Positions 9,797-19,647 of a stretch of 64,000 nucleotides of DNA are shown here, in pieces. The DNA comes from Candidatus Thorarchaeota archaeon (GTDB taxonomy: Archaea; Asgardarchaeota; Thorarchaeia; Thorarchaeales; Thorarchaeaceae): the NCBI GenBank assembly GCA_048882485.1, contig JBHLRP010000005.1, forward strand, positions 34,601-98,600, read 5' to 3'. Below the pieces are notes generated by a model. The model saw only the letters and a list, made by a program, of their open reading frames with translations. It made no database searches and was not told the DNA's origin. The number at the start of each line of letters is the position of its first letter. Within the stretch, counting starts at the first letter, position 1. Made by a program: the position numbers and the translations under genes.

Positions 9797-10375
9797 TTGG
9801 AATTTCCTGGACCTAGAAGAATGGGCCCCCCAAGAAAAAGCATCAGTCGGGTAGAGCTCCTTATCCTGGCTCAGCTGAGACAAGGACCTGCTCACGGGTA
9901 TGCAATTCTATCGGGCCTCAAAGAACAACTTGGAATGCTGTTGAAGAGCGGTACATTGTACCCTGCTCTTCGCAGACTATCCAACAGAGGCTTGATCAAG
10001 GGGAGGAGAGTCCGTCAAGAAGTACGTCCAGACGCCATAGAATATTCCATTACTCCACGAGGAGAAAAGGTCCTTACTCGAGTTCTCCAACACATGGGAG
10101 GAGAAATGCATATGCAGGACAAGTTTTGGAGTTTCCTTGGGGAAGCTGCAAGAGGTGAAACTGCTACTGTTCTTTTTGACCATGCGAAGCGTCACAAGAG
10201 CCCTATAGCATTTGCCGCTCTTAAGAAAGCGGGATGGTCACCAGGACTATTTTCGATGCGAGAAGATTTCCTCAAGGAGTACCGTGACTACCTGAAAAAC
10301 GAATTAGCTTGGGTAACCCAACGTTTAGGGGAACTCGGAAGTGAAGAAGACGAATGGGAGGTGAAAAGCGAATAA
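9797..10375 (+). CDS. PadR family transcriptional regulator
   Basis: ILAQLRQGPAHGYAI...SGTLYPALRRL...YSITPRGE. Confidence 0.9.
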   Translation: MEFPGPRRMGPPRKSISRVELLILAQLRQGPAHGYAILSGLKEQLGMLLKSGTLYPALRRLSNRGLIKGRRVRQEVRPDAIEYSITPRGEKVLTRVLQHMGGEMHMQDKFWSFLGEAARGETATVLFDHAKRHKSPIAFAALKKAGWSPGLFSMREDFLKEYRDYLKNELAWVTQRLGELGSEEDEWEVKSE

Positions 10376-10593
10376 TGTGTGATTCACATCCACGCATGAG
10401 AGGAAGACATGGATTTGGCTTCGGAATGATGCCGGGACTATTTGGATTCATGGATTGCGCTCCAGGCTATGAAAGCAAGGAAACAGCGATCAAACGTCTT
10501 GAAGCATTAAGGTCACATTTAGAGGACAGAATTAGGCAGATAGATGAGAAGATAGCTGAACTGCGGTCTCCTGGTGAAGGCGAAGAGGTCTAG
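10375..10593 (+). CDS. Small Gly-rich / coiled-coil protein (DUF5320-like)
   Basis: TAATG overlap with the PadR stop; RGRHGFGFG followed by LEALRSHLEDRIRQIDEKIAEL. Confidence 0.6.
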   Translation: MCDSHPRMRGRHGFGFGMMPGLFGFMDCAPGYESKETAIKRLEALRSHLEDRIRQIDEKIAELRSPGEGEEV

Positions 10594-10705
10594 ACGACCT
10601 AAACTCGGGACTTCCACTGTGCTGTCGAGGCCCCAACATCGCCTTCTTTAGTATATTGATTTGTTTCCCTTTTATTTCTTCATTAACAACCAACACTCTT
10701 TAAGC

Positions 10706-10743
10706 GGCGAGAGGACACCCACGATTTCCCGCGTCCTCTCGCC
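10706..10743 (-). terminator. Stem-loop just after the DUF3160 stop, between convergent genes
   Basis: GGCGAGAGGAC/GTCCTCTCGCC 11-bp perfect stem, extended by two further pairs (one G-U) on the minus strand. Confidence 0.5.
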
Positions 10744-10759
10744 ATCTTCCTCGCCGTGA

Positions 10760-13018
10760 CTACTCTGATTCCTTAGAGGTGATTGCACTTGCTGCAAGCA
10801 GAGTGACTCCGGAGTCAGTCACAAAACTTGCAGTCCAAGTTGGTAGGTGCGGCACCTCATCCTGTGTAAGCATATCTTGCCAAGCCTCATCTGTAAGTCG
10901 ATCATCCATCGGCCAAGTAAACTCGTAGTATGAGAATACTCCCCCTCTGGTGAGAATGACTTGTCCATCAACTTCAACAGCTACATAGATGACCATAGGT
11001 CTTCCAACTGCCTCTTCAAGCACACTCGAAGTATTAGGGTCGGTGTGAACATCAGCAATGACAGCCATGTCATCGTCAGCATCTGATGTAAGGTAGTCAT
11101 CCTGTGGCAATGCAACAATTGATCCCAATGTCTTTCCACAGCCTTCGATTAGGTAGTATTCTGACTCCGTCAGAGGAGTTCCCTCCAACTCCTTGATAGA
11201 AATTGTCTGGAGATCCAATAGAAGATCGTATAGGGCGTTCAGCTTGTTGTCAATCAAAGTGGACAGAAGGGTCCTAGAATCAAGCCCATCAATCATCATC
11301 TTACATAATGAAGCCAAACGCGCATATACTCGGGGAACAGGCTCTACATATCCCCTAACAGGAGGTGGCATTGCTGTCAATTCCCAAGTATAAGACTGCT
11401 TGGCGTAGAGAATTGTATCATGCCTTAGCTCAGCCCATGAGCCAAGTGCGGTGGATAGCTGCTTATCAACCCAAGCTTCGCTCTGCATGAAGAAAGGATA
11501 GCCTTCACCTGGATCGGATAGAAGAGGTAGAAGAGAATAGAGCCATAGATAGTAAAGGTTGCTTGTCCACTCGGCATCAGTGATGTTGGCGACCATTTCC
11601 CAGAGCACGCTCATCTGTGATTCGTAGTTCTCATAGTCTCTTTCCGGTTCTAGGAGTTCCCATGCTCTCTCCGATCCAAGAGCAGCCATCACATCGAGAC
11701 CCATTGGCATGAGTCTTGGATTCGACATAGTCCCCACATTTTTGTACACGAGTTGTCCGAGAATGTAGCTATCTGGAATGTAGCGTTGTCCCATGAACCT
11801 AAGTCCCATGGTTTGCGTCAGGGTCAAGAAATCCGCAACAGGATGACCCAATATCGCTGGTTCTCGGAACTCTAATGCAGCATCAATGAAGTCCTCCAAC
11901 AGGGCATCATCATCAAGGTCAACAATTGTGACTTCAGAGCCGTAGATGGTCTGGACCAACTCCAAGTACTCAGTTGGCAGCAGATCATCCGCAGACCCAA
12001 CAAAGAAGACTGTAGGCTCATAGATCGCGTCCCACAAGTCATAACCTATGATTCCAGCTGGCAAGGTGGATATCTCATCCATCAGAGCCAATGAGATGAG
12101 AATTGCCTGAGCGGTGTTGTCCATTCCCTTGTCATTGGGGAATTCTGGAAGATCGGGTTGCAGTCGAAATGACACTCTCCCAAACCACATCATTGCCTGG
12201 AAATATCGCTCAAGAGTTTCACTGCGGGTGTAATGACCCCTTGGCACGAATTGAGTGAAGTCTTCTCGATATCCTTGGAACCACTCATCGGTCATTTCAT
12301 TGTGTGCATCAATCAGAGTAAGCACATTGGTGACCTCAGTGCCAATCTCAACTGGGAAGGCTGGAGGAATCACATAATTGCTATCGATGAGCTTCAGAGC
12401 CACTGTAAGGAACATCATGTTTCTTAATGCCGCTTCTTTCCATCTGCCTTCTGGGGCCACAAGGTATTGTCCATAGCTGGAATCCAGCATAGAGGCAGTC
12501 AGGTTGCCAAGAAGGTCCCAGAAGGAATAGACTTCAACCTCCCTAAGAGCTAAGTCGTAGAGTACGTGGAATGCATGCAGGACGGCATCTGAAGAAACGA
12601 AACTAGGAATATCCTCATCATCATTCAATTCCAATATTTCGTGGATCTGTTTGTATTCAATTTGAGTGGCAGCAGCAAATCCGCTCATTTCTATCTTGAG
12701 AAGCAGGTCACTAGGAAGGGTTCCGAATTGGCCAAGATTGACCACATTTGAAAGACCCTGGTAGACTGTGTATTCGGGTGCATTAGGTACAAACGACTCT
12801 TCATGAGGCTCAAAATCAGCAAAGTTGCTGGCCACAATATTATCGATTGTATAGACGGGCATATTCAGATGGGATGGTGGAAATGCGGGATGAAAGGCGC
12901 CACCCAAATACCCTATAGTGCCCACAAGACTTACTGCAAGAAGTGCAGATACAAGTCCTGCAGCAAACATCTTTTGCCTGATATCGCTATCAATAGCTCT
13001 CGCAATGACTTGAAGCAT
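10760..13018 (-). CDS. DUF3160 domain-containing exported protein
   Basis: FVSSDAVLHAFH, DFTQFVPRGHYT, YFQAMMWFGR, WAELRHDTILYAKQ, GYVEP, IADVHTD, GGVFSYYEF, RLTDEAW. Confidence 0.85.
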   Translation of the reverse strand: MLQVIARAIDSDIRQKMFAAGLVSALLAVSLVGTIGYLGGAFHPAFPPSHLNMPVYTIDNIVASNFADFEPHEESFVPNAPEYTVYQGLSNVVNLGQFGTLPSDLLLKIEMSGFAAATQIEYKQIHEILELNDDEDIPSFVSSDAVLHAFHVLYDLALREVEVYSFWDLLGNLTASMLDSSYGQYLVAPEGRWKEAALRNMMFLTVALKLIDSNYVIPPAFPVEIGTEVTNVLTLIDAHNEMTDEWFQGYREDFTQFVPRGHYTRSETLERYFQAMMWFGRVSFRLQPDLPEFPNDKGMDNTAQAILISLALMDEISTLPAGIIGYDLWDAIYEPTVFFVGSADDLLPTEYLELVQTIYGSEVTIVDLDDDALLEDFIDAALEFREPAILGHPVADFLTLTQTMGLRFMGQRYIPDSYILGQLVYKNVGTMSNPRLMPMGLDVMAALGSERAWELLEPERDYENYESQMSVLWEMVANITDAEWTSNLYYLWLYSLLPLLSDPGEGYPFFMQSEAWVDKQLSTALGSWAELRHDTILYAKQSYTWELTAMPPPVRGYVEPVPRVYARLASLCKMMIDGLDSRTLLSTLIDNKLNALYDLLLDLQTISIKELEGTPLTESEYYLIEGCGKTLGSIVALPQDDYLTSDADDDMAVIADVHTDPNTSSVLEEAVGRPMVIYVAVEVDGQVILTRGGVFSYYEFTWPMDDRLTDEAWQDMLTQDEVPHLPTWTASFVTDSGVTLLAASAITSKESE

Positions 13019-13161
13019 GCTATTCTACAATGCTCAAACTTACTTAGTACCATGGAATAGAACACTGCGTCCATACTTTAGAACAGAGTTGTGAATTCGG
13101 TGCTGACAAGGAAGAAGAGATTAATCTGAAGAAAGTGAAGACTCATTGTGCGTGGTAACAA

Positions 13162-13617
13162 TTGTCGGATACAAGTGACGAGACCTCTCTCGACCCAGAA
13201 CTTAGAGGAAACACACTCAGAGTCTACTGGTTGATGCTGTCTCAAAACGAGGCAGTGGGTGTCAGAGAGGTACAGAGGGCGTTGGGCATGTCTAGCCCTT
13301 CAGTGGCAAGTCACCATCTATCGAAGCTTGTTTCATTGGAGCTTGTTGAGAAGCTCCCTGACAACTCTTACGAGGTTAGCCGAGTTGTCAAAGTTGGAGT
13401 CCTCAGAAATTTCATCGGCTTTCGGGGAAGGTTTCTTCCACGCTACATGTTTGTGGCCATCTTCTTCACAATGGCGACCCTAGCTTATCTTGCGATAAGT
13501 TTCCTGAATCCTAGACCGGGACTCTATGACAAGTTCATTGCTCTTGCTATTGGCTCGGTTGGAGCACTCTTTGCATGGTGGGAAACGATTAGGCTATGGA
13601 AACTGAAATTGACATGA
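13162..13617 (+). CDS. Membrane-anchored wHTH transcriptional regulator
   Basis: LRGNTLRVY...GVREVQRALGMSSPSVASHHLSKL followed by two TM helices. Confidence 0.8.
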   Translation: MSDTSDETSLDPELRGNTLRVYWLMLSQNEAVGVREVQRALGMSSPSVASHHLSKLVSLELVEKLPDNSYEVSRVVKVGVLRNFIGFRGRFLPRYMFVAIFFTMATLAYLAISFLNPRPGLYDKFIALAIGSVGALFAWWETIRLWKLKLT

Positions 13618-13638
13618 CTCCAAGCAGTTGTTGAATCG

Positions 13639-14406
13639 TCATCCTTTGGAACTGATCTCAAGTCTTATGGGGCAGTGGTCAGAACCAAAGACCTCGCTTA
13701 GGATGTCACTTCCTACTAATTGAGCTTTGAATTCCTCGTTTATTACGAAATAATCCAGTCGCCATCCAACGTTCTTGGCTCTGGCGTTGTGAAGGTATGA
13801 CCACCAAGTATAGTGACCTCCTTCCTGAGTTTGCTCCCTGAATGTGTCAATGTATCCTTTGGAAAGCATCCGATCAAACCAGGACCTTTCATCATCAGTG
13901 AATCCTGCATGACCACGATTGCTCTTGGGCCTTGCTATGTCTATCTCCTTATGTGAAACATTGAAATCGCCAGTTACGATGACGCCTTTTTCTTTCCGCA
14001 GTTCTTGGGCATATCTAAGCAATCTGGCATTGAAATCCAATTTGAAGTCGAGTCTTTCAAGCATGCGACCTGCATTCGGGAAATATACATTCACAAGGTA
14101 GAACTTGTCATATTCTGCAGTAATGGCACGCCCTTCAGTGTCAAATCCCTTTTTGTCAGTGCCTCTGAAAACAGAGATTGGTGGTTCCTTGGTAAGGATC
14201 ATGGTGCCACTGTATCCCTTCTTCGCTGCGTGATGCCAATGCTGCTCATATTCGCTCAGTGCCAACGGTGCAATGTCATCCATTCCGGATGACGACTTCG
14301 TTTCTTGAAAACAGTGGACATCAGCATTTTCGTTTTGAATGAACTCAAGAAGGCCCTTCTTGAGACATGCCCGAATCCCATTAACATTCCAGGAGATTAT
14401 TTTCAA
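13639..14406 (-). CDS. xth: Exodeoxyribonuclease III / AP endonuclease
   Basis: ISWNVNGIRA, QETK, GYSG, EGR, YFPN, GDFNVSH, YTWWSY, GWRLDY, SDHCP. Confidence 0.95.
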   Translation of the reverse strand: MKIISWNVNGIRACLKKGLLEFIQNENADVHCFQETKSSSGMDDIAPLALSEYEQHWHHAAKKGYSGTMILTKEPPISVFRGTDKKGFDTEGRAITAEYDKFYLVNVYFPNAGRMLERLDFKLDFNARLLRYAQELRKEKGVIVTGDFNVSHKEIDIARPKSNRGHAGFTDDERSWFDRMLSKGYIDTFREQTQEGGHYTWWSYLHNARAKNVGWRLDYFVINEEFKAQLVGSDILSEVFGSDHCPIRLEISSKG

Positions 14407-14446
14407 GATGCTCGTTCATATCAACATTGGAGCCTACAATTCTATC

Positions 14447-15304
14447 TTATGGTTGAGATTCCTTGATTCTCACGTGGATGAACTTTGCCAGTTTGAGATT
14501 TGAATTCAGAGTCATGATGAGGCGAGTGCGAAGGCCCCATCTTGGAACTGTTCTAACGCGGGAGAAATAAGGAAACCAATCAACTACATCAAGTAGCTCA
14601 GACCAGCTTTCAATTTGACTTGGGCTTTTGGCATCGAATTTGTGATCAATCCCAGTAATGCCGTACTTTCTAAAACGCCTATTAATGACCCAATTTCCTC
14701 TGGATGAACTACTGTCGAAGATGATTTCTCCTCCTGGAAATCTCTGAGCGATAGTCCTGAAGAATTGTGAAACATCTTCTTCATCAAAATATGCAAAGAG
14801 TCCTCCTGCGATCATAAGAAGTCCATCAGCATAGTTGAAGCCTATGTCTTCCATCCAGCTGAAATCAAAGATTGACTTTGCTATGTATTTACTTCTTGAA
14901 GTTTCAGGGATTAGTTGACGGCGATAATCTATTGCATCTGGGAGATCAAGATCGAACCAATGCAAGGTTCCATTGTCAACTCTAGAAAAAGTCGTGTCCA
15001 ATCCACAGCCAAGATTCACAATTGTAGCATGAGGCTTGCTTTGAAGAAATGCGGCAATTGTGTCGTCGAAGGTTCTGGCTCTGATAGCAAACGCAAGTCC
15101 CAACAGCTCATCTATGAATTCCTCCAACACATCAAAGTCATCCTGTGAGCCAGTATGTTTTCTCTTCACCTGTTCAATGAGATCTACGGCTTGGTCGTCT
15201 TTCAACAATTCAGGATATAGCTGTGAGTATTTAGCACGTGCCCACAAGGGTCCGACCATTGTAGATTGTAGGGTTGATGCAATCTTATCAGCAGATTCAC
15301 TCAT
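14447..15304 (-). CDS. Class I SAM-dependent methyltransferase (LCM/TcmP-like)
   Basis: PLWARA, RARTFD, VNLGCGLDT, DLDLPD. Confidence 0.85.
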   Translation of the reverse strand: MSESADKIASTLQSTMVGPLWARAKYSQLYPELLKDDQAVDLIEQVKRKHTGSQDDFDVLEEFIDELLGLAFAIRARTFDDTIAAFLQSKPHATIVNLGCGLDTTFSRVDNGTLHWFDLDLPDAIDYRRQLIPETSRSKYIAKSIFDFSWMEDIGFNYADGLLMIAGGLFAYFDEEDVSQFFRTIAQRFPGGEIIFDSSSSRGNWVINRRFRKYGITGIDHKFDAKSPSQIESWSELLDVVDWFPYFSRVRTVPRWGLRTRLIMTLNSNLKLAKFIHVRIKESQP

Positions 15305-15442
15305 GCCATTATCTTCCTTCGAGTATTGCGAGATGGTACAAAGATATTCGTTTTTCGCCTAAAGGAAGGCTGGAGAGCAATGTCACAATTTCAGGCTCGA
15401 AGTTTATATCACTGCTATGTTACTGGTTTGCGAGGGAAAGGT

Positions 15443-16486
15443 ATGGTTCAAGTAATCAGCAAGTGCGGGAATTATTGTGGTACTTGTCCATGGGGCTGTT
15501 ACCAACGTGCAAGACTCTCAGAACAGGGTTGGGAATCTTATCGTGACGATGCAAAGAAGTATGTAGGCTTCACACCTACTGCAAAGCCATGCCAGGCTTG
15601 TCAAACTCCTAATGAAAAGCTCGCCAAGGATGTAGGGGTTCATAATTTTGTTCGCGGCTGTCTTGCAAGGGAATGTGCCACATACAATGGAATTCAGAAC
15701 TGTGCTTATTGCTCAAGATATCCTTGTGACTGGATTGAAGCTCATATAGGCGAGATTACTAGAGAAAGCGTTTCGGAACGGCTAGGTGAGCCTGTCCCCG
15801 ATAAGGCTTACGAGCAATTCATTGAACCATTCCAGGGAAAAGCACACCTAGATGCGATCAGAGCCAGCTTAAGTTCTCAAGAGATCGTGGAGTCAAAGAC
15901 AGTGAAGGTTCCTGTGAAGAAGATCGTTGAATATCCTGAGGACGTGAAGATTCGAGCAATAGAAGTGTCAGACCTCAGAGCAGCCCATAACTTCTTGTCC
16001 ACACTAGCGAATACGAAATTCGGATTGAAGCATCCAGACACTATAGCTGGAGCTGGAATAATCAAAGGTAGACGCGATGTTCTCTTTAGATTGCTTTGGA
16101 CCATTATTCAGAACGGCGAGTTTAGAGATGGCGAGAAGAAACTTGTGATTGACGGTGTCATCTATTCGAAGAACAAGAAAGGACGAGATCCCCTCACTAC
16201 GTTGTTTCGAGCAAACATGTATTTCAGGATGCTGAGAAACCTTGGCTTACGAACTGAGCTAATACAGCTATATGATGATTGGACAACTGATATGGGCTTC
16301 CTACGGTCGGTCGTTCCCAAGACTCATGAACCTGCTTGGGAATTGGTGGCATCATTCACAGAGAAGATTGGAGGGGAGTCCACACTCAAGGCTCTCAAAG
16401 CCTATGCGAATGAATTGACACACGAATATGAAAAGGGTGCATACTCTCGTTTCTCAAAAGCAGATATGCGGTTCTTGATTGCTTGA
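15443..16486 (+). CDS. DUF3795-like Cys-rich domain protein with C-terminal extension
   Basis: CGNYCGTCP, CQAC, CLARECA, CAYCSRYPC. Likely start is ATG 15443. Confidence 0.7.
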   Translation: MVQVISKCGNYCGTCPWGCYQRARLSEQGWESYRDDAKKYVGFTPTAKPCQACQTPNEKLAKDVGVHNFVRGCLARECATYNGIQNCAYCSRYPCDWIEAHIGEITRESVSERLGEPVPDKAYEQFIEPFQGKAHLDAIRASLSSQEIVESKTVKVPVKKIVEYPEDVKIRAIEVSDLRAAHNFLSTLANTKFGLKHPDTIAGAGIIKGRRDVLFRLLWTIIQNGEFRDGEKKLVIDGVIYSKNKKGRDPLTTLFRANMYFRMLRNLGLRTELIQLYDDWTTDMGFLRSVVPKTHEPAWELVASFTEKIGGESTLKALKAYANELTHEYEKGAYSRFSKADMRFLIA

Positions 16487-16501
16487 AGGTTGCGAATGCA
16501 A

Positions 16502-17341
16502 ATGAGTATAGAATTACCTGAAGCTTTGATTCTCGCAAAGCAAATGGAAAAAGAGCTGGTCGGGAAGAAGATAGAATCCTGGAACCTAGATGAACTGGAG
16601 AAGCTTCAGAAGTCCAAAATGGTGAGTAGAAGTTTGAAGAACTTTGACAAGCTAAAAGGGAGAACAATTCAGTCAGTAGTATCGAGGGGGAACGGAATAC
16701 AGGTAAAGTTAGACGATGGCATGAATATGTTCTTTGCACCAGAATACGGAGCTGAGTTTGGATTCCATGAGGATAAGACCAGCCTACCTAAGAAGATTCA
16801 TCTGACACTTACTTTCTTCGACAAGACACTCTTTACTTTGAGACTCAAGGGTTGGGGTCACATCGATGCTGCTTCTAATGAAGAACTAGAAGATAATTAC
16901 GTATATCGGAGAGATTTCTCAGATGTGGTGTCTCCGGATGAGAAACGGTTCACTTCTGACTGGTTCGAGGAGCAACTATCTCAGATTTCAAAGAATATCA
17001 AAATGGTATTGGTAGGCAAAGAAGCCATTCTTGTTGGAATTCAGAACAGCACATTTCAAGACGTAATCTATCAAGCTGGTGTACATCCAAAGAAGAAGGC
17101 ATCTGACCTTAACAGCAGCCAAGTCAAAGCTCTCTATAATGCAATTGTTAGGACAATGGAAGCGAGAATCCATCTTGGTGGCAAGCACCAATTCACAGAC
17201 CTCTATGGGAAGCATGGTCAATACGTTCCATCGATGGGGCCTAATATGAAGGGTGCTAAATGTCTGAAATGCAAGACTACAATCGAGAAACTTGCCCATG
17301 GTGGAGGACATGTGTATCTCTGTCCCAAATGCCAGACATAA
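16502..17341 (+). CDS. Fpg/Nei-fold DNA glycosylase homolog with degenerate catalytic residues
   Basis: ELPEA near the N-terminus, H2TH-like VGIQNS...AGVHP, C-terminal zinc finger CLKC...CPKCQ. Confidence 0.8.
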   Translation: MSIELPEALILAKQMEKELVGKKIESWNLDELEKLQKSKMVSRSLKNFDKLKGRTIQSVVSRGNGIQVKLDDGMNMFFAPEYGAEFGFHEDKTSLPKKIHLTLTFFDKTLFTLRLKGWGHIDAASNEELEDNYVYRRDFSDVVSPDEKRFTSDWFEEQLSQISKNIKMVLVGKEAILVGIQNSTFQDVIYQAGVHPKKKASDLNSSQVKALYNAIVRTMEARIHLGGKHQFTDLYGKHGQYVPSMGPNMKGAKCLKCKTTIEKLAHGGGHVYLCPKCQT

Positions 17342-17368
17342 TGAACTAAATGGAGTGGGGAGAATTTC

Positions 17369-18217
17369 GTGAGAGGAAGATCTATTCTCATTGGATTCAT
17401 TCTCCTGAGTCTGCTATCTTCATCGACTGGAATATCACTAGGTAACAGGAAGCATTCACTGAGCATAGGAGAAAATCATATTCTTTCTCAGGAGAATCCA
17501 GTTAGCAACCCCGGATTCGAATCTGGTTCATTCCTCGCTTGGGACAATGTTGAGAATGTAGAAGAGAATGTAATTCAGACATCACGAGTATACTCTGGAA
17601 CCTACGCACTGCGAATGGACTCTATATATTACATATGGGCCTATGTTGATCAGGTATTCACCACGCCTATTTCAGTATCGGTGGATACTAGATTCCTCGC
17701 GGCAATATTTCCTACTAGAACAGGAATAACTTGTGGTGAATATGGAAGAGCCTCATACATTGTGGCTGTCCATGATACTGAAACAGAAGTCATTAGAGGA
17801 CTGAACTACGTCTGGTCTGGCTACGACTATCCTGGTAGTGACATAGGATCAAATGTGACACGTGCCCATTATCTCCTCTATGATTGGGCGCCTAACGAAT
17901 GGCATATTCTAGATCGTTCAATACTGACTGATTATTCTGCAGTTTTTGGAGCGCCTTCTTCTCCTGACGTTTTGGAAATCACATATCTTAGACTTCAGAA
18001 CCATGCATCAAATGGTGCGCCTAGCACATTCTAAATAGATGATGTGGCAATCTGTCCAGAACCAAGCAATCCTACAACTTCAAACGGAGCTACAACAGAC
18101 GCAACATCAATGGCTGTACCCACGGATGTGGATCTCATTATAGTAGACATCATCACTCTCGAATTTGCTATCATTATTGGTATCACATACAAGTCCAGAA
18201 GGAAATCTCGCCAATAG
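17369..18217 (+). pseudogene. Secreted CBM-like surface protein with a premature TAA at 18032-18034
   Basis: Signal peptide and NPGFESG. After TF* the frame continues IDDVAI, a Thr-rich linker, a hydrophobic segment and KSRRKSRQ, ending at 18217. Confidence 0.7.
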
Positions 18218-18292
18218 TCCCTGCCACCAGAATATATAGAAGTGATTCCTCCTTGGGATTCTCGGAATTTGATTCGCGCGGAGTGGAGGAAA

Positions 18293-18901
18293 ATGAAGAA
18301 AGTAGATCACAAGAAGGTTTTGAAGGAGTTCTACAGTCCATCGTCAAGAAAGCCTTCAGAAGTTGATGTGCCTGAGATGAATTTCCTAATGATTGATGGA
18401 AAAGGTGATCCTAACACAGCGCAGGAGTACAAAGATGCTATAGAAGCATTATACGCCGCTTCCCACACATTGAAGTTCAAGTTGAAGAAAGCTAAAGTCT
18501 TGGATTTCACTGTTATGCCACTTGAAGGACTATGGTGGGTTGAAGGAGAGGAGGGTTTCAAAATAGATTCAAAGGAAGGTTGGTGCTGGACTGCTTTGAT
18601 AATGCAACCTGAACAAGTGTCTAGAACTGATGTTATCGAGGCCATTGCGGAAGTCAAAGAGAAGAAAGATCCTATAGCACTACAGAAGCTCCGGTTTGAG
18701 TCATTTCGGGAAGGCTACTCAGTCCAAATAATGCACATTGGACCATGGTCAGAAGAGAAGCCTACGATTGATGGACTGCATGCCTATGCGGAGGAACAAG
18801 GTTTCAAGCTACGGGGCAAGCACCACGAGATTTACCTAAGCGATCCTCGAAGAACTGCTCCTGAGAAGCTCAAGACTGTGATTCGTCAACCTGTTGCCTA
18901 G
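18293..18901 (+). CDS. GyrI-like small-molecule-binding domain protein
   Basis: FLMIDGKGDPN, MPLEGLWW, MHIGPWSEE, HHEIYLSDPRR, LKTVIRQPV. Confidence 0.9.
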   Translation: MKKVDHKKVLKEFYSPSSRKPSEVDVPEMNFLMIDGKGDPNTAQEYKDAIEALYAASHTLKFKLKKAKVLDFTVMPLEGLWWVEGEEGFKIDSKEGWCWTALIMQPEQVSRTDVIEAIAEVKEKKDPIALQKLRFESFREGYSVQIMHIGPWSEEKPTIDGLHAYAEEQGFKLRGKHHEIYLSDPRRTAPEKLKTVIRQPVA

Positions 18902-18988
18902 TCCTCAATATCGTATTACGAGGATATATGAAATTCAGTGCTGGATAGTTACAGGCTATCGTTCGCCAGACGATAGGGGTGCAGAACC

Positions 18989-19561
18989 GTGCAGTTAACA
19001 GACCGGCAGGCAGCGCTGATAGAAGAATTTGCTTTGAAGAAGTATCGATCACTAGACGATACGCATGGAGCAGACCACTGTGAAAAGACTGCAAGCATTG
19101 CTAGCTATTTAGCTAGAAAGGAGGGAGCAGATGAACTCATTGCAAAGATGGGTGCACTACTCCATCAATTTCATCTTGAGGGAGCAGCTCAAGTCAATGA
19201 GTTCCTCCTTAGCATCGATGTTTCTCCTCATATGAGTGATAGAATCGTTCATTGTGTAAGGTGCATAGAACCAACCACTATCCATACTGCAAGGACTATT
19301 GAGGCGAAAGTTGTCTTTGATGCTGACAAGCTCCAGACACTGGGACCATATGGATTAGTCAGAGAGGTTGTCTATCGGACTCGTACGAAGAACGTAGATT
19401 TCAGAGTTGCATTTCGGGAGGCAGAAGAGCTTCAGAAGCAGGTGGCTGTGCTGCCACAGACTGCAACTGCAAAGGCGCTATATGAGAAGATGAAGGCTCT
19501 CTCCATCTCGATGTTTAATGCCATCCGCGAATGGGATGCTTTGGATTTCGTTAGCCAGTGA
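18989..19561 (+). CDS. HD-domain protein with an HQ variant motif
   Basis: THGADHC, GALLHQ, EAKVVFDADKL..LG. Confidence 0.75.
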   Translation: MQLTDRQAALIEEFALKKYRSLDDTHGADHCEKTASIASYLARKEGADELIAKMGALLHQFHLEGAAQVNEFLLSIDVSPHMSDRIVHCVRCIEPTTIHTARTIEAKVVFDADKLQTLGPYGLVREVVYRTRTKNVDFRVAFREAEELQKQVAVLPQTATAKALYEKMKALSISMFNAIREWDALDFVSQ

Positions 19562-19647
19562 ATTAGAACTGTTCAGCATATTTAGTACTTACGTTCAGCA
19601 AAATATTTAATAAGACATATCACTCCACAGGCATTGGGTGGAGTCAT

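Noticed and set aside
10706-10743. 3'-UTR hairpin as a SECIS element
   Set aside because: The upstream DUF3160 gene has no in-frame TGA; the hairpin is better explained as a terminator or stability element
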